Made by a program: the position numbers and the translations under genes
Part shown: positions 8,487 to 17,640 of the stretch, piece after piece
Position numbering within the stretch: the first letter of the stretch is position 1
How the letters are laid out: every line of letters starts with the position of its first letter
Notes under the pieces: model-generated
The model's database searches: none
Seen by the model: the letters and a program-made list of their open reading frames with translations, nothing else
What the model was told of the DNA's origin: nothing
From: an uncultured Staphylococcaceae bacterium
GTDB lineage: Bacteria > Bacillota_I > Bacilli_A > RFN20 > CAG-826
NCBI GenBank assembly: GCA_964635805.1
Contig: CAZWRR010000001.1
Coordinates: 1-34,348, forward strand
Direction: 5' to 3'
DNA length: 34,348 nt

Positions 8487-8531
8487 ACTTCTTGAGGTAT
8501 GTAAAATACTGCTAAAAACAAAGGAGGAAAT

Positions 8532-11180
8532 ATGGCAGAAAAGAAATATGTCTATTCGTTTATGGATCCAAAAGGTTTACCATTAGGTAAAGAGATCTTG
8601 GGCGGAAAAGGGGCTGGGCTTGCTGAAATGATTTCCGTAGGAATTCCTGTACCGGAAGGTTTTACGGTCACAACAGAAGCGTGTCTCCTTTATTACAAAG
8701 AGGGCCGAAATTTACCAAAATACGTCGTCGAACAAATTAATGACGCAATTACTGGCTTAGAAAAAGAAACCGGTAAAACGTTTGGTGGTAAGAAAAATCC
8801 ACTTTTAGTTAGTGTTCGTTCTGGCGCACGTGTATCGATGCCAGGCATGATGGACACGATCTTAAACTTAGGTTTAAACGATGACGTCGCAGAAGTTATG
8901 ACGAAAGAAATGAACAATGAAACGTTCGCGTGGGATAGCTACCGTCGTTTTATTATGATGTATACAAACGTCGTCCGTGGTCTTTCCCGTGAAGATATGG
9001 AAAACATGCTTAGTGACATTAAAAAGGAAGCTGGTGTTGAACTTGACAGTGAGTTAGACCAAAAACACCTTAAAAAATTAATTGAGCAATACAAAGCGTA
9101 TTACAAAAAAGCGCTTGGTGAAGACTTCCCAACTGATCCACGTGAACAATTACTCGAAGCAGTTACCGCTGTTTTCCGTAGTTGGGACAACGAACGTGCC
9201 GATGTTTACCGCAAAATGCACCACATTCCATACGAATGGGGTACAGCTGTAAACGTCCAATCAATGGTTTATGGTAACAAAGGCGAAACAAGTGGAACCG
9301 GTGTTGCATTCTCGCGCTCACCAGCCACAGGTGAAAAAGTAATCTTTGCTGAATACTTACCAAACGCTCAAGGTGAAGACGTTGTTGCCGGTATTCGTAC
9401 ACCGTATCCAATTAGCTGGCTTGCTAATAACATGCCACGCGTTTACAAAGAATTTGAAGACATCGTTTACAAAATGGAACACCATTACCGCGACATGCAA
9501 GATATGGAGTTCACGGTGGAAGATGGCAAACTTTACTTCTTACAAACACGTAACGGTAAAAGAACGGCAAACGCTGCACTTAAAATCGCCGTTGACCTTT
9601 TAGATGAAGGTTTAATTAGTGAAAAAGAAGCAGTGCTTAAAGTTGAACCACACTTACTCGATAGTTTATTGCACCCGGGCTTTGATGAAAAAGCACTTGC
9701 AAAAACAAAACCAATTGCCGGTGGACTTCCAGCTTCGCCTGGTGCCGCAACTGGAAAAATTTCATTTATCGCTAGTGACGCTGCTGCACGGCACGCTGCT
9801 GGTGAAAAAGTTATTTTAGTTCGAAACGAAACCTCACCAGAAGACATCGCTGGTATGGTCGCCGCCGAAGGTATTTTAACCGCACGTGGTGGCATGACTA
9901 GTCACGCTGCTGTTGTTGCTCGTGGTATGGGTAAAACTTGTATCGCCGGTGCAACAAGTGTGATCGTTGACGAACGCGCTGGCACAATGCGTGTTGGTGA
10001 CGTAGTTTACGGTAAGGACGACGTTATTAGTATTGATGGTTCAACCGGAAATATTTATGTCGGTGAATTACCACTTGTCGAACCAACACTTACCGGTGAC
10101 TTCAAACGTGTCATGGAATTAGCGGATAAATTCCGCAGAATGCGTGTCCGTGTTAACGCTGACACACCACATGACGCCCAAACTGGTCGTGACTTTGGTG
10201 CCGAAGGTATCGGTTTATGCCGGACCGAACATATGTTCTTTGAAGAAGACCGTGTGTTCTACATGCGCCAAATGATTCTCGCGAAAAACAAGGAAGAACG
10301 CGAAGTCGCATTAAATAAAATTCTTCCACACCAAGAAAATGACTTCTATGAAATTTATAAAGTTATGCTTGGTATGAACGTAACAATTCGGTTACTTGAT
10401 CCACCGTTACACGAATTCTTACCGCAAGAAGAAGAACAAATCGTCAAACTTGCAAAAGAACTCAAACTTGACGTTGCCCAAGTAAAAGAGCGCATTAACT
10501 TACTCCACGAATTCAACCCAATGATGGGTCACCGTGGTGTCCGTCTTGCTGTTTCTTACCCAGAAATCGCCGCGATGCAAACGACCGCAATTATTAATGC
10601 GGCATTACGCGCGCAAAAAGACACGGGCAAAGTTATTCACCCAGAAATTATGATTCCATTAGTGCTTGATGTTAAAGAACTCAAGTACGTTAAAGACGTT
10701 GTCGTTGCAACTGCGGAAAAATTAGTTAAAGCTAGTGGCCAAAAATTAGAGTACTCAGTCGGTACAATGATTGAAATCCCACGTGCAGCACTACTTGCAG
10801 ACGAAGTTGCATTAGAAGCTGAATTCTTTAGTTTCGGAACGAACGACTTAACGCAAATGGCGTATGGATTTAGCCGTGATGACGCAACGAAGTTTATCCC
10901 TGATTACTTCGATGCTCGTATTTTCGAACAAGATCCATTCCAAACAATTGACCAAGAAGGTGTTGGCCAACTCGTTCGCTTAGCAGCAGAACGGGGCCGC
11001 GCAGCAAACAAAGACCTTGATTTAGGTATTTGTGGTGAGCACGGTGGTGACCCTGTGTCCGTTGAATTCTTTGATAGCGTTGGCTTAGATTACGTCAGCT
11101 GTTCACCATTCCGTGTCCCAATTGCACGGCTTGCTGCAGCGCACGCAACACTTAAAGCTGAACTTGCTAACAAAAAATAA
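8532..11180 (+). CDS. ppdK: pyruvate, phosphate dikinase
   Basis: It is 882 aa. The ATP-grasp N-terminus reads LGGKGAGLAEM. The phospho-histidine swivel motif is GGMTSHAAVVARGMGK. The PEP/pyruvate domain motifs CRTEHMF, GTNDLTQ and GICGEHGGDP are present. Confidence 0.95.
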   Translation: MAEKKYVYSFMDPKGLPLGKEILGGKGAGLAEMISVGIPVPEGFTVTTEACLLYYKEGRNLPKYVVEQINDAITGLEKETGKTFGGKKNPLLVSVRSGARVSMPGMMDTILNLGLNDDVAEVMTKEMNNETFAWDSYRRFIMMYTNVVRGLSREDMENMLSDIKKEAGVELDSELDQKHLKKLIEQYKAYYKKALGEDFPTDPREQLLEAVTAVFRSWDNERADVYRKMHHIPYEWGTAVNVQSMVYGNKGETSGTGVAFSRSPATGEKVIFAEYLPNAQGEDVVAGIRTPYPISWLANNMPRVYKEFEDIVYKMEHHYRDMQDMEFTVEDGKLYFLQTRNGKRTANAALKIAVDLLDEGLISEKEAVLKVEPHLLDSLLHPGFDEKALAKTKPIAGGLPASPGAATGKISFIASDAAARHAAGEKVILVRNETSPEDIAGMVAAEGILTARGGMTSHAAVVARGMGKTCIAGATSVIVDERAGTMRVGDVVYGKDDVISIDGSTGNIYVGELPLVEPTLTGDFKRVMELADKFRRMRVRVNADTPHDAQTGRDFGAEGIGLCRTEHMFFEEDRVFYMRQMILAKNKEEREVALNKILPHQENDFYEIYKVMLGMNVTIRLLDPPLHEFLPQEEEQIVKLAKELKLDVAQVKERINLLHEFNPMMGHRGVRLAVSYPEIAAMQTTAIINAALRAQKDTGKVIHPEIMIPLVLDVKELKYVKDVVVATAEKLVKASGQKLEYSVGTMIEIPRAALLADEVALEAEFFSFGTNDLTQMAYGFSRDDATKFIPDYFDARIFEQDPFQTIDQEGVGQLVRLAAERGRAANKDLDLGICGEHGGDPVSVEFFDSVGLDYVSCSPFRVPIARLAAAHATLKAELANKK

Positions 11181-11203
11181 ACGTTTACTTATCTAAGTTA
11201 AAC

Positions 11204-11237
11204 AAAACCTCCACATTTTTGATGCGGAGGTTTTTTT
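11204..11237. terminator. bidirectional rho-independent terminator shared by convergent ppdK and glmU
   Basis: The stem pairs cctcc (11208..11212) with ggagg (11226..11230), plus two further pairs. It is flanked by an A-run (11204..11207) and a T7 run (11231..11237). On the other strand it reads as hairpin plus ttttgttt. Confidence 0.7.
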
Positions 11238-11257
11238 GTTTAACGCTGTTTGCTTGT

Positions 11258-12631
11258 TTATTTACGGAACTTTTTCGCGTAGCCTTCTTTATTAACTTGA
11301 CGTGCGCGACCGATTGCGAGTGTGTCTTCACTAACATCTTCATTAATTGTCGATCCGCCAGCAATATATGCGCCATCATTAATCGTTAGTGGCGCAAGTA
11401 ATGTTGAGTTTGAGCCAATAAAGACGTTTTTGCCAATAATAGTTTTCAGTTTGTTTTTACCGTCATAATTCGCCGTAATTGTGCCCGCACCAATATTTGT
11501 GTTTGCGCCAACATGTGTATCACCTAAATACGTTAGGTGCGCAACTTTTACGCCGTCCGCAAGTGTTGTATTTTTAAGTTCAACATAATTGCCTAGCCGT
11601 ACGTTGCTGCCAATAACCGCACGTTGCCGAATACGGGTAAAAGGCCCGATGTTGTTGTTATCGGCAATAGTGCTATCTTCAATATGGCTCATACTAACGC
11701 TGTTATTGTTGCCAAGCGTTGTGTTGTTAATAAACGTGTTTGGGCCAATCGTATTATTCGCACCAAGCACGGAGGCGCCAAGTATTGTTGTCCCTGGGTT
11801 AATAATCGTATCTTGTTTAATTTGGACATCGGGTCCAATATATGTGTTTTCTGGATCCACAAGTGTAACACCGTTATACATATGCATTTTATTAACACGC
11901 CGTTTTAGTAATGTTGCGGCTTCACTAAGTTGGACACGATCATTTGTCCCAAGCATTTCATTTGGATCTTCTAAAATATAGGCACCAACTTTATATGCTT
12001 TTTGGCGAAATAAGGCGATTGTATCGGTTAAATAAAGTTCGCCTTGTTTGTTGTTGGTACGTAAGTTCGTTAGTTCCGCAAAAAGTTTTTTATTATCAAA
12101 CACATACATGCCTGCATTAACTTCATTTATCGCACTTTCGTTGCCACTTAAATCTGCTTGCTCAACAATTTTATTAACATCACCTGTAGGCGTTCGAAAT
12201 ATGCGCCCGTAGCCGTGTGGATTAGTGAGCACTGCAGTTAATAATGTTAAGTCATTGCCGCTTTTAACGTGCGTATCAAGCATTTCACGTAGCGAAGTAG
12301 CGCTTATAAGTGGGACATCACCACTTAATATTAAAGTAACTCCGTCTTCATGCGCGAGTAAGTCGGCCGTTTGCATAATCGCGTGCCCTGTCCCTTTTTG
12401 TTCGTGTTGCCATGCGATTTCGGCGATGCCTTCCACTAAACTTGCAGTGTGTTCGCCCGCAAAACCGACAACAACGACGGTGCGGCCATTAACGACAGGA
12501 TGTGCTGCGTCTAAAACCCAGCGAATTAATGGCTTGCCAAGTATCTCATAGCCAACTTTAGCAATGTGTTCATTAGCCGAGCGCATCCTTGTGCCTTTGC
12601 CTGCGGCAAGAACGATCGCGTTTACTTTCAT
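11258..12631 (-). CDS. glmU: bifunctional UDP-N-acetylglucosamine pyrophosphorylase / glucosamine-1-phosphate N-acetyltransferase
   Basis: The N-terminus has LAAGKGTRM. The C-terminal half has a left-handed beta-helix hexapeptide-repeat region (IGPNTFI, IGSNVRL, IGAGTIT, IGSNSTL). It is 457 aa with an SD aaggag. Confidence 0.9.
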   Translation of the reverse strand: MKVNAIVLAAGKGTRMRSANEHIAKVGYEILGKPLIRWVLDAAHPVVNGRTVVVVGFAGEHTASLVEGIAEIAWQHEQKGTGHAIMQTADLLAHEDGVTLILSGDVPLISATSLREMLDTHVKSGNDLTLLTAVLTNPHGYGRIFRTPTGDVNKIVEQADLSGNESAINEVNAGMYVFDNKKLFAELTNLRTNNKQGELYLTDTIALFRQKAYKVGAYILEDPNEMLGTNDRVQLSEAATLLKRRVNKMHMYNGVTLVDPENTYIGPDVQIKQDTIINPGTTILGASVLGANNTIGPNTFINNTTLGNNNSVSMSHIEDSTIADNNNIGPFTRIRQRAVIGSNVRLGNYVELKNTTLADGVKVAHLTYLGDTHVGANTNIGAGTITANYDGKNKLKTIIGKNVFIGSNSTLLAPLTINDGAYIAGGSTINEDVSEDTLAIGRARQVNKEGYAKKFRK

Positions 12632-12641
12632 AAAAATCTCC

Positions 12642-13484
12642 TTAATTAATTGTTGTAATTATTGTATTATAGTTTTGTTTCCGATAAAAATCACGTATTT
12701 TCCTTATAGGCGTTCGACTTTCACTTAAAACGTAAATAATCGTTCCGCGCCCCGCAACACCGTAAGTAACGTTTTCGTATTGTTGGAGCGATTCATATAT
12801 TGCGTTTATTTCTGGCATTTGCATCGCTGCTTCATGAAAGTCATTTGTTAAAAGTGTGCTTAACTCATTTAAACTGCTTATTGCAGCTGTGTGTAAGTTA
12901 TTTAAGTTTCTGTGGTGCTTGGGTGAAAGTTTAAACATCTGGACGAGTTCGTCTTTATTAATAATACGTTTAGGCATTATTAGTAAAATATGTGGCTCAA
13001 ATTTAAAAGTTAGCGGTGTCGCTTCTTGTGCATATGTATTAAAAAGCGCCGGTTTATTCGTATAGAAGTAAGCAATATCATGTTTAATTGATTGTGCTAT
13101 TTTTAATAGTTGCTCTGGTGTAGTATTTAACTTTAAGAGTTTTGCTACCGCCCGCATTACTTGCCATGCATTGCTTGCGCCACTGCCAAGTCCGTATCCT
13201 GTTGGAATGTTTTTATGAATTTTAACGTGAAAGCGTTCTTTATAGTTAAAATGGTTTGCCATTGCTTGTAACGCTTCATCAATTATCGCTTTTTCACCAA
13301 TGTGCAGTGAGTTAGTAGCATAATGAACGATATCATGGGGAAAACCGCTGGCAAGAAAGTCAATTTCGATATTATCACGGTACGCTAATGGTAAAACTAG
13401 TTCCAAAGTATTAACTGCGGAACTATCTTGCTTAGTAATAACATTAACAGCGACACTTAAACGTGCGTTAGCTCGAACTACCAT
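12642..13484 (-). CDS. ispE: GHMP-family kinase, most likely 4-diphosphocytidyl-2-C-methyl-D-erythritol kinase
   Basis: The GHMP ATP motif reads IPTGYGLGSGASNAWQVM. The N-terminus ANARLSVAVNV resembles the IspE AKINLxLxV motif. The position directly downstream of rsmA (ksgA) is the conserved Firmicutes ksgA-ispE synteny. The N-terminus is divergent and no SD is visible. Confidence 0.6.
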   Translation of the reverse strand: MVVRANARLSVAVNVITKQDSSAVNTLELVLPLAYRDNIEIDFLASGFPHDIVHYATNSLHIGEKAIIDEALQAMANHFNYKERFHVKIHKNIPTGYGLGSGASNAWQVMRAVAKLLKLNTTPEQLLKIAQSIKHDIAYFYTNKPALFNTYAQEATPLTFKFEPHILLIMPKRIINKDELVQMFKLSPKHHRNLNNLHTAAISSLNELSTLLTNDFHEAAMQMPEINAIYESLQQYENVTYGVAGRGTIIYVLSESRTPIRKIRDFYRKQNYNTIITTIN

Positions 13485-13510
13485 ATATTAATGATAACAA
13501 ATATAATTTG

Positions 13511-14311
13511 TTACTGCTCTTTTTGTTCGTTATTTACATAGTTATATAAGTTTAGTAGTGTTTCTGGTGTTAATTGCTCCGTGCGTACACTTTGATCAAT
13601 TTGTGCGTAATCTAAAAAAGCGACAATCGCTTTATATTCGTGTAAATGTTTAGCGTTGTTTAATAATGTTTTACGGCGACTTGCAAATAATGTTTTAAGT
13701 AACTTATAAAAGGCATCAATGTTTACAGTATTGTCGTTGCGGACAAAACGGAAAACAGTACTGTTAACGTACGGTTTTGGATAAAAGTGTTTATTGCTTA
13801 CATCGAAACACTTCGTTAATGTTCCAAAAAGATGTAATACGATTGCAAGCGGGCTATACGCTTTTGTTTGCGCATTAGCAAATAAACGAAGCCCGACGTC
13901 GCTTTCCGTCATAAAAACGAATTCCGTTATGTGTTCGTGTTTAATAATAATGTGCTCAATTGATTTAGTTGTAATGTAATACGGAAGGTTGCTAATTGCT
14001 GCGGTTGTTTCACGTGGAACTTTATATTTTAAGATATTGTTGTTAACTACTACAACGTTATGATATTGCTCACTGATATAGCGCGCAAACCCGCGGTCTA
14101 ACTCAACAGCAGTGACGTTATACTTTAACGCTAAATGTTTTGTAAGCGCACCTAACCCTGGGCCGATTTCTAAAACATTAGTGTGGTTACCCGTTAATTG
14201 CGCAACGATGCGTTTACTGATCGTTTCATCAATTAAAAAGTTTTGTCCTTTTTGCTTTTGGGGGCTCATTTTATGTTCTGTTAAAACCGCTAAAACATCG
14301 TCTTTATTCAT
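13511..14311 (-). CDS. rsmA: 16S rRNA (adenine1518/1519-N6)-dimethyltransferase
   Basis: GQNFLIDETI and the SAM motif VLEIGPGLGALT are present, followed by NLPYYITT. It is 266 aa and overlaps rnmV by ATGA. Confidence 0.9.
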   Translation of the reverse strand: MNKDDVLAVLTEHKMSPQKQKGQNFLIDETISKRIVAQLTGNHTNVLEIGPGLGALTKHLALKYNVTAVELDRGFARYISEQYHNVVVVNNNILKYKVPRETTAAISNLPYYITTKSIEHIIIKHEHITEFVFMTESDVGLRLFANAQTKAYSPLAIVLHLFGTLTKCFDVSNKHFYPKPYVNSTVFRFVRNDNTVNIDAFYKLLKTLFASRRKTLLNNAKHLHEYKAIVAFLDYAQIDQSVRTEQLTPETLLNLYNYVNNEQKEQ

Positions 14312-14829
14312 CTATTTGCCCACCTTTTTATGTCTTCAGTTGTATACCCTAAATATTGTAGCTGTTCGTGAAGCGATTTAACACCGCGATTTAACAATGA
14401 AAAAGTATCAACGAAATGTTTTTGTCTCGTTTTATCACGTAACTCGTTTTGGTGAAATAGCCAAAAATCATAATAGTTAATTGTTGTGATTGCTGTTGTT
14501 TTTTGCGGATAAATCGCTAGTTCCTTTACTAGTGCAGCGCGGTTACTTTCAGCAATACCAATTTTTTTTGCACTTTGCATCGCTGTTTGCGCAATTGTGA
14601 TTACACCTGGGTTACGGAGCTCACTTCGAAGTTTAGCGTTTATTGCGTCACCCGTCATATCTGGATCCGTGATTAAAACGATGCTATGGTGCTTTTCTAA
14701 CTGTTGCAAATGTTTAATTGTTTCACGTGAAACGTTATTTCCGTCGGTAATCACTACATAATTATTAACATATGATTGCAATAGCGCTTTATCTGTTTTA
14801 CCTTCAACAACGAATACAGTTGACTTCAT
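14308..14829 (-). CDS. rnmV: ribonuclease M5 (Toprim domain, 5S rRNA maturase)
   Basis: The Toprim motifs VFVVEGKTDKALL and VLITDPDMTGDAI are present. At 173 aa it sits between tatD and rsmA, as in Bacillus. Confidence 0.8.
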   Translation of the reverse strand: MKSTVFVVEGKTDKALLQSYVNNYVVITDGNNVSRETIKHLQQLEKHHSIVLITDPDMTGDAINAKLRSELRNPGVITIAQTAMQSAKKIGIAESNRAALVKELAIYPQKTTAITTINYYDFWLFHQNELRDKTRQKHFVDTFSLLNRGVKSLHEQLQYLGYTTEDIKRWANR

Positions 14830-14834
14830 TTTAT

Positions 14835-15602
14835 TTATATTCCGAATAACTTTGACGCATTAGCCGTCGTCATTTGTGCGACTTCGTTCACACTTACTTC
14901 ACGTAAGGTTGCTATTTCCGCGGCAACAAGGGGCAAGAAGTGGCTGCCGTTCGTTTTGCCGCGATGCGGATGTGGGGTTAAATATGGGGCATCTGTTTCA
15001 ATTAACAGCTTTGAAAATGGTACAAGCTTTGCGACTTCTTTCGGTGTTTTTGCGTTTAAAAACGTAACCGGACCACCTAGACCAATATACATATCGAGTT
15101 TCAAGAAATTACTCATCATTTCGACCGAGCCCGAATAAGAGTGCATAACACCGCTATATTGTGGTTTATGGGCGTTTAAGATTTCAAAAGTGGCTTGGGT
15201 TGCGTCACGCATATGAATAATAACAGGTTTTTTAAATTCATCGGCTAGTGCGATTTGTTTAATAAAGAAGTCGTGTTGTTTCGCCTGCCCATCTTCATCT
15301 TTAATCCAATGATAATCTAAACCGATTTCACCAAGCGCTACAACTTTTGGATGACTTAATAATGGTCGTAATTTCTCGATCTCTTTTAATTCATATTTAA
15401 CAGCGTCAACTGGATGGATACCAACTGCCGCATAAACACTTGCGTATTGTTCCGCAAGTTTAATCGCATGTATGCTTGAAGCGATGTCCCAGCCGACAAC
15501 GATAAATTTTGCCACTCCAACTTTATGAGCTTCAAGAACATATGTTTGTTCACTATTTTTGTACTTATAACTATTAATATGGCAATGCGTATCAATATAC
15601 AT
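14835..15602 (-). CDS. tatD: TatD-family metal-dependent deoxyribonuclease/hydrolase (YabD-like)
   Basis: The N-terminus MYIDTHCHIN carries the HxH metal site. GEIGLDYHW, IIHMRDA and ETDAPYLTP are also present. It is 255 aa. Confidence 0.9.
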   Translation of the reverse strand: MYIDTHCHINSYKYKNSEQTYVLEAHKVGVAKFIVVGWDIASSIHAIKLAEQYASVYAAVGIHPVDAVKYELKEIEKLRPLLSHPKVVALGEIGLDYHWIKDEDGQAKQHDFFIKQIALADEFKKPVIIHMRDATQATFEILNAHKPQYSGVMHSYSGSVEMMSNFLKLDMYIGLGGPVTFLNAKTPKEVAKLVPFSKLLIETDAPYLTPHPHRGKTNGSHFLPLVAAEIATLREVSVNEVAQMTTANASKLFGI

Positions 15603-15604
15603 CG

Positions 15605-16927
15605 TTATTTACCTAAACAAAACCGTGAGAAAATTTCTTTATCTAAGTCACGATCGTGTGTTTCTCCTAATATTTCTTTAATTGTAAAAAATGCTTGTTG
15701 AAGTGAAACGCTAATTAAATCAAGCGGGACATTGTTTAACGCTTCGTTTTTCGCGTTTTCGAGCTCGTCATACGTTTTTGTTAAAAGCGCAATTTGCCGC
15801 GCATTGTTTAAACTTGGGCGAATATAACTTTCTTGTTCAAGCCCAATTGTTTTCACGATTGCTTGTTCTAACGCACGTAAGTCATTTGTTAAAGCGGAGA
15901 CAAGTAGTTTGTTTTCATCTTTCTCTGTCGCCAAGTCAGCTTTGTTGTATACAGTAATGACTTTTTTATCTTTAATAAGTGGGCCAAACATGTTTTCTTC
16001 TTCGTTTTCCGTTGCATCTTTTACATAAATTACTAAATCTGCTGCGGCAATTGTTTGCTTACTTTTAGTAATACCGACGTTTTCGATCACGTCTTTACTT
16101 TCACGAATACCTGCTGTATCAAGTAAAAGAAGTTTAATACCTTTAAAATTAATTTCACCTTCAACAACATCGCGTGTCGTACCGGCAATATCAGTAACAA
16201 TTGCTTTATCTTCTTGTAATAACGCGTTTAAAAGCGAAGATTTACCAACATTTGGTTTCCCAACAATTGCAACCTTAAGTCCTTCTTTAATTATTTGCCC
16301 TTGTTTGCCTTCTGCAATTAACCGCTTAATTTCCTTGTTAATACGTGTTACTTCGCTAATAATCATTTCATAGTTCGCTTGTTCGATATCTAAATACTCC
16401 GGATAATCGATGTTTACTTCGATAAGTGAAACAATATCGGCGATTTTTTTACGCAACGGATAAACAATTTTACTTGTTTCGCCCGTTAAAGAAAGCAGTG
16501 AAAGTTTTTTAGCTTCATGTGTGGTCGCACTAATCATGTCGTTAATCGCCTCAGCTTGGACTAAGTCAAACTTCCCATTAATATAGGCGCGATTAGAAAA
16601 TTCGCCCGCGACCGCAAGCCGCGCACCACGCGCAACGAGGAGTGTAATTATTTCGTTCGCAATAAGCATGCTGCCATGTGCGCTAATTTCGACGATGTTT
16701 TCGCCCGTAAAACTATGTGGAGCGACAAAACACGTTAATAAAACTTCGTCAATAATTTCTTCGTCATCCTTAATTAAACCGTAAAATACTGTCCTTTTCG
16801 TTACTTTTGTTAAATCTTTTGAAAATACTTTTGTCACAATATTAAATGCATCCGGCCCTGAAACACGGATTACAGCAAGTGCGCCCATCATTGGTGGCGT
16901 TGCTAAGGCAACGATCGTATCAATCAT
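15605..16927 (-). CDS. mnmE: tRNA uridine-5-carboxymethylaminomethyl modification GTPase
   Basis: The N-terminus reads DTIVALATPPMMGALAVIRVSG. The G-domain has GKPNVGKSSLLNAL and DTAGIR. The C-terminus FCLGK matches the C(I/L)GK motif. It is 440 aa. Confidence 0.92.
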   Translation of the reverse strand: MIDTIVALATPPMMGALAVIRVSGPDAFNIVTKVFSKDLTKVTKRTVFYGLIKDDEEIIDEVLLTCFVAPHSFTGENIVEISAHGSMLIANEIITLLVARGARLAVAGEFSNRAYINGKFDLVQAEAINDMISATTHEAKKLSLLSLTGETSKIVYPLRKKIADIVSLIEVNIDYPEYLDIEQANYEMIISEVTRINKEIKRLIAEGKQGQIIKEGLKVAIVGKPNVGKSSLLNALLQEDKAIVTDIAGTTRDVVEGEINFKGIKLLLLDTAGIRESKDVIENVGITKSKQTIAAADLVIYVKDATENEEENMFGPLIKDKKVITVYNKADLATEKDENKLLVSALTNDLRALEQAIVKTIGLEQESYIRPSLNNARQIALLTKTYDELENAKNEALNNVPLDLISVSLQQAFFTIKEILGETHDRDLDKEIFSRFCLGK

Positions 16928-16933
16928 ACGAAA

Positions 16934-16942
16934 ATTGTAACA
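16934..16942 (-). promoter_or_regulatory. extended -10 element (TGTTACAAT on minus strand) 6 nt upstream of the mnmE ATG
   Basis: The minus strand reads TGTTACAAT, then tttcgt, then ATG (16927..16925). There is no SD, which is consistent with a leaderless transcript. Confidence 0.4.
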
Positions 16943-16958
16943 TATTTATAAGTATGTT

Positions 16959-16984
16959 TAAAAAAAACCACCTTATTGGTGGTT
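16959..16984 (-). terminator. rho-independent terminator after jag
   Basis: The minus strand reads aaccacc-aataa-ggtggtt (16984..16966) followed by T8. It lies 9 nt downstream of the jag stop. Confidence 0.7.
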
Positions 16985-16992
16985 AATTTTAT

Positions 16993-17640
16993 TTACTGTT
17001 TTTCGCTTTCCGGTAAGTCTTTTTCGGCGATTGGTTGCGGTGTACGTTTGTGTTTGATCACGATTTTACGTTCCCGTCCTGCACCGATTGACTCGGTTAT
17101 AACGTGGCGATGATTTGATAAGGCGTTGTGCACTGCTCGACGTTCATCGCTTGGCATTGGATCAAGTGTGACTGTTTGCCGTGTTTTACTAACTTCATTA
17201 GCAACCCGACGCGCAATACTAACTACACGACGATAGCGATCACTCTTGTAATCGTTAATATCAAGCATGACTCGAATTCGTTTTTTATATTTAATCGAAG
17301 TCGCTAGTGTTACTAGTTCGTTTAATGCTTGTAATGTTTTACCGTTTTTTCCAATTAATATGGAGTTGTGGTTTGTGTTCATGTTTAATTTAATAATTTC
17401 GCCTTCAAGGCGCGGGGTTACTTCTAGTTCTAACCCAAGTTTCGTAATAACTAATGTTAAGTACTCAATTGCGTAATCAATGAAGTCGGTCGTTTCAAAT
17501 ACATTAACAATAACGTGTTTTTTTAACAAACCGCGTTTTTCATCAACGATTTCGTATGCGAGTTGTTCTTTATCAACACCAAACTCTTCGCTAGCAATCT
17601 CAAGTACTTCCTCAAGTGTTTTTGCTTCAAATATGCGCAT
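16993..17640 (-). CDS. jag: Jag/KhpB RNA-binding protein (Jag_N, KH and R3H domains)
   Basis: This is the track ORF trimmed to the ATG at 17640..17638 (MRIFEAKTLEEVLEIASEEFGV...). That start has an SD aggaag and overlaps the yidC stop as TAATG. KH-like GKNGKTLQALNELV and R3H-like ERRAVHNALS motifs are present. The position after yidC is conserved. Confidence 0.85.
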   Translation of the reverse strand: MRIFEAKTLEEVLEIASEEFGVDKEQLAYEIVDEKRGLLKKHVIVNVFETTDFIDYAIEYLTLVITKLGLELEVTPRLEGEIIKLNMNTNHNSILIGKNGKTLQALNELVTLATSIKYKKRIRVMLDINDYKSDRYRRVVSIARRVANEVSKTRQTVTLDPMPSDERRAVHNALSNHRHVITESIGAGRERKIVIKHKRTPQPIAEKDLPESEKQ

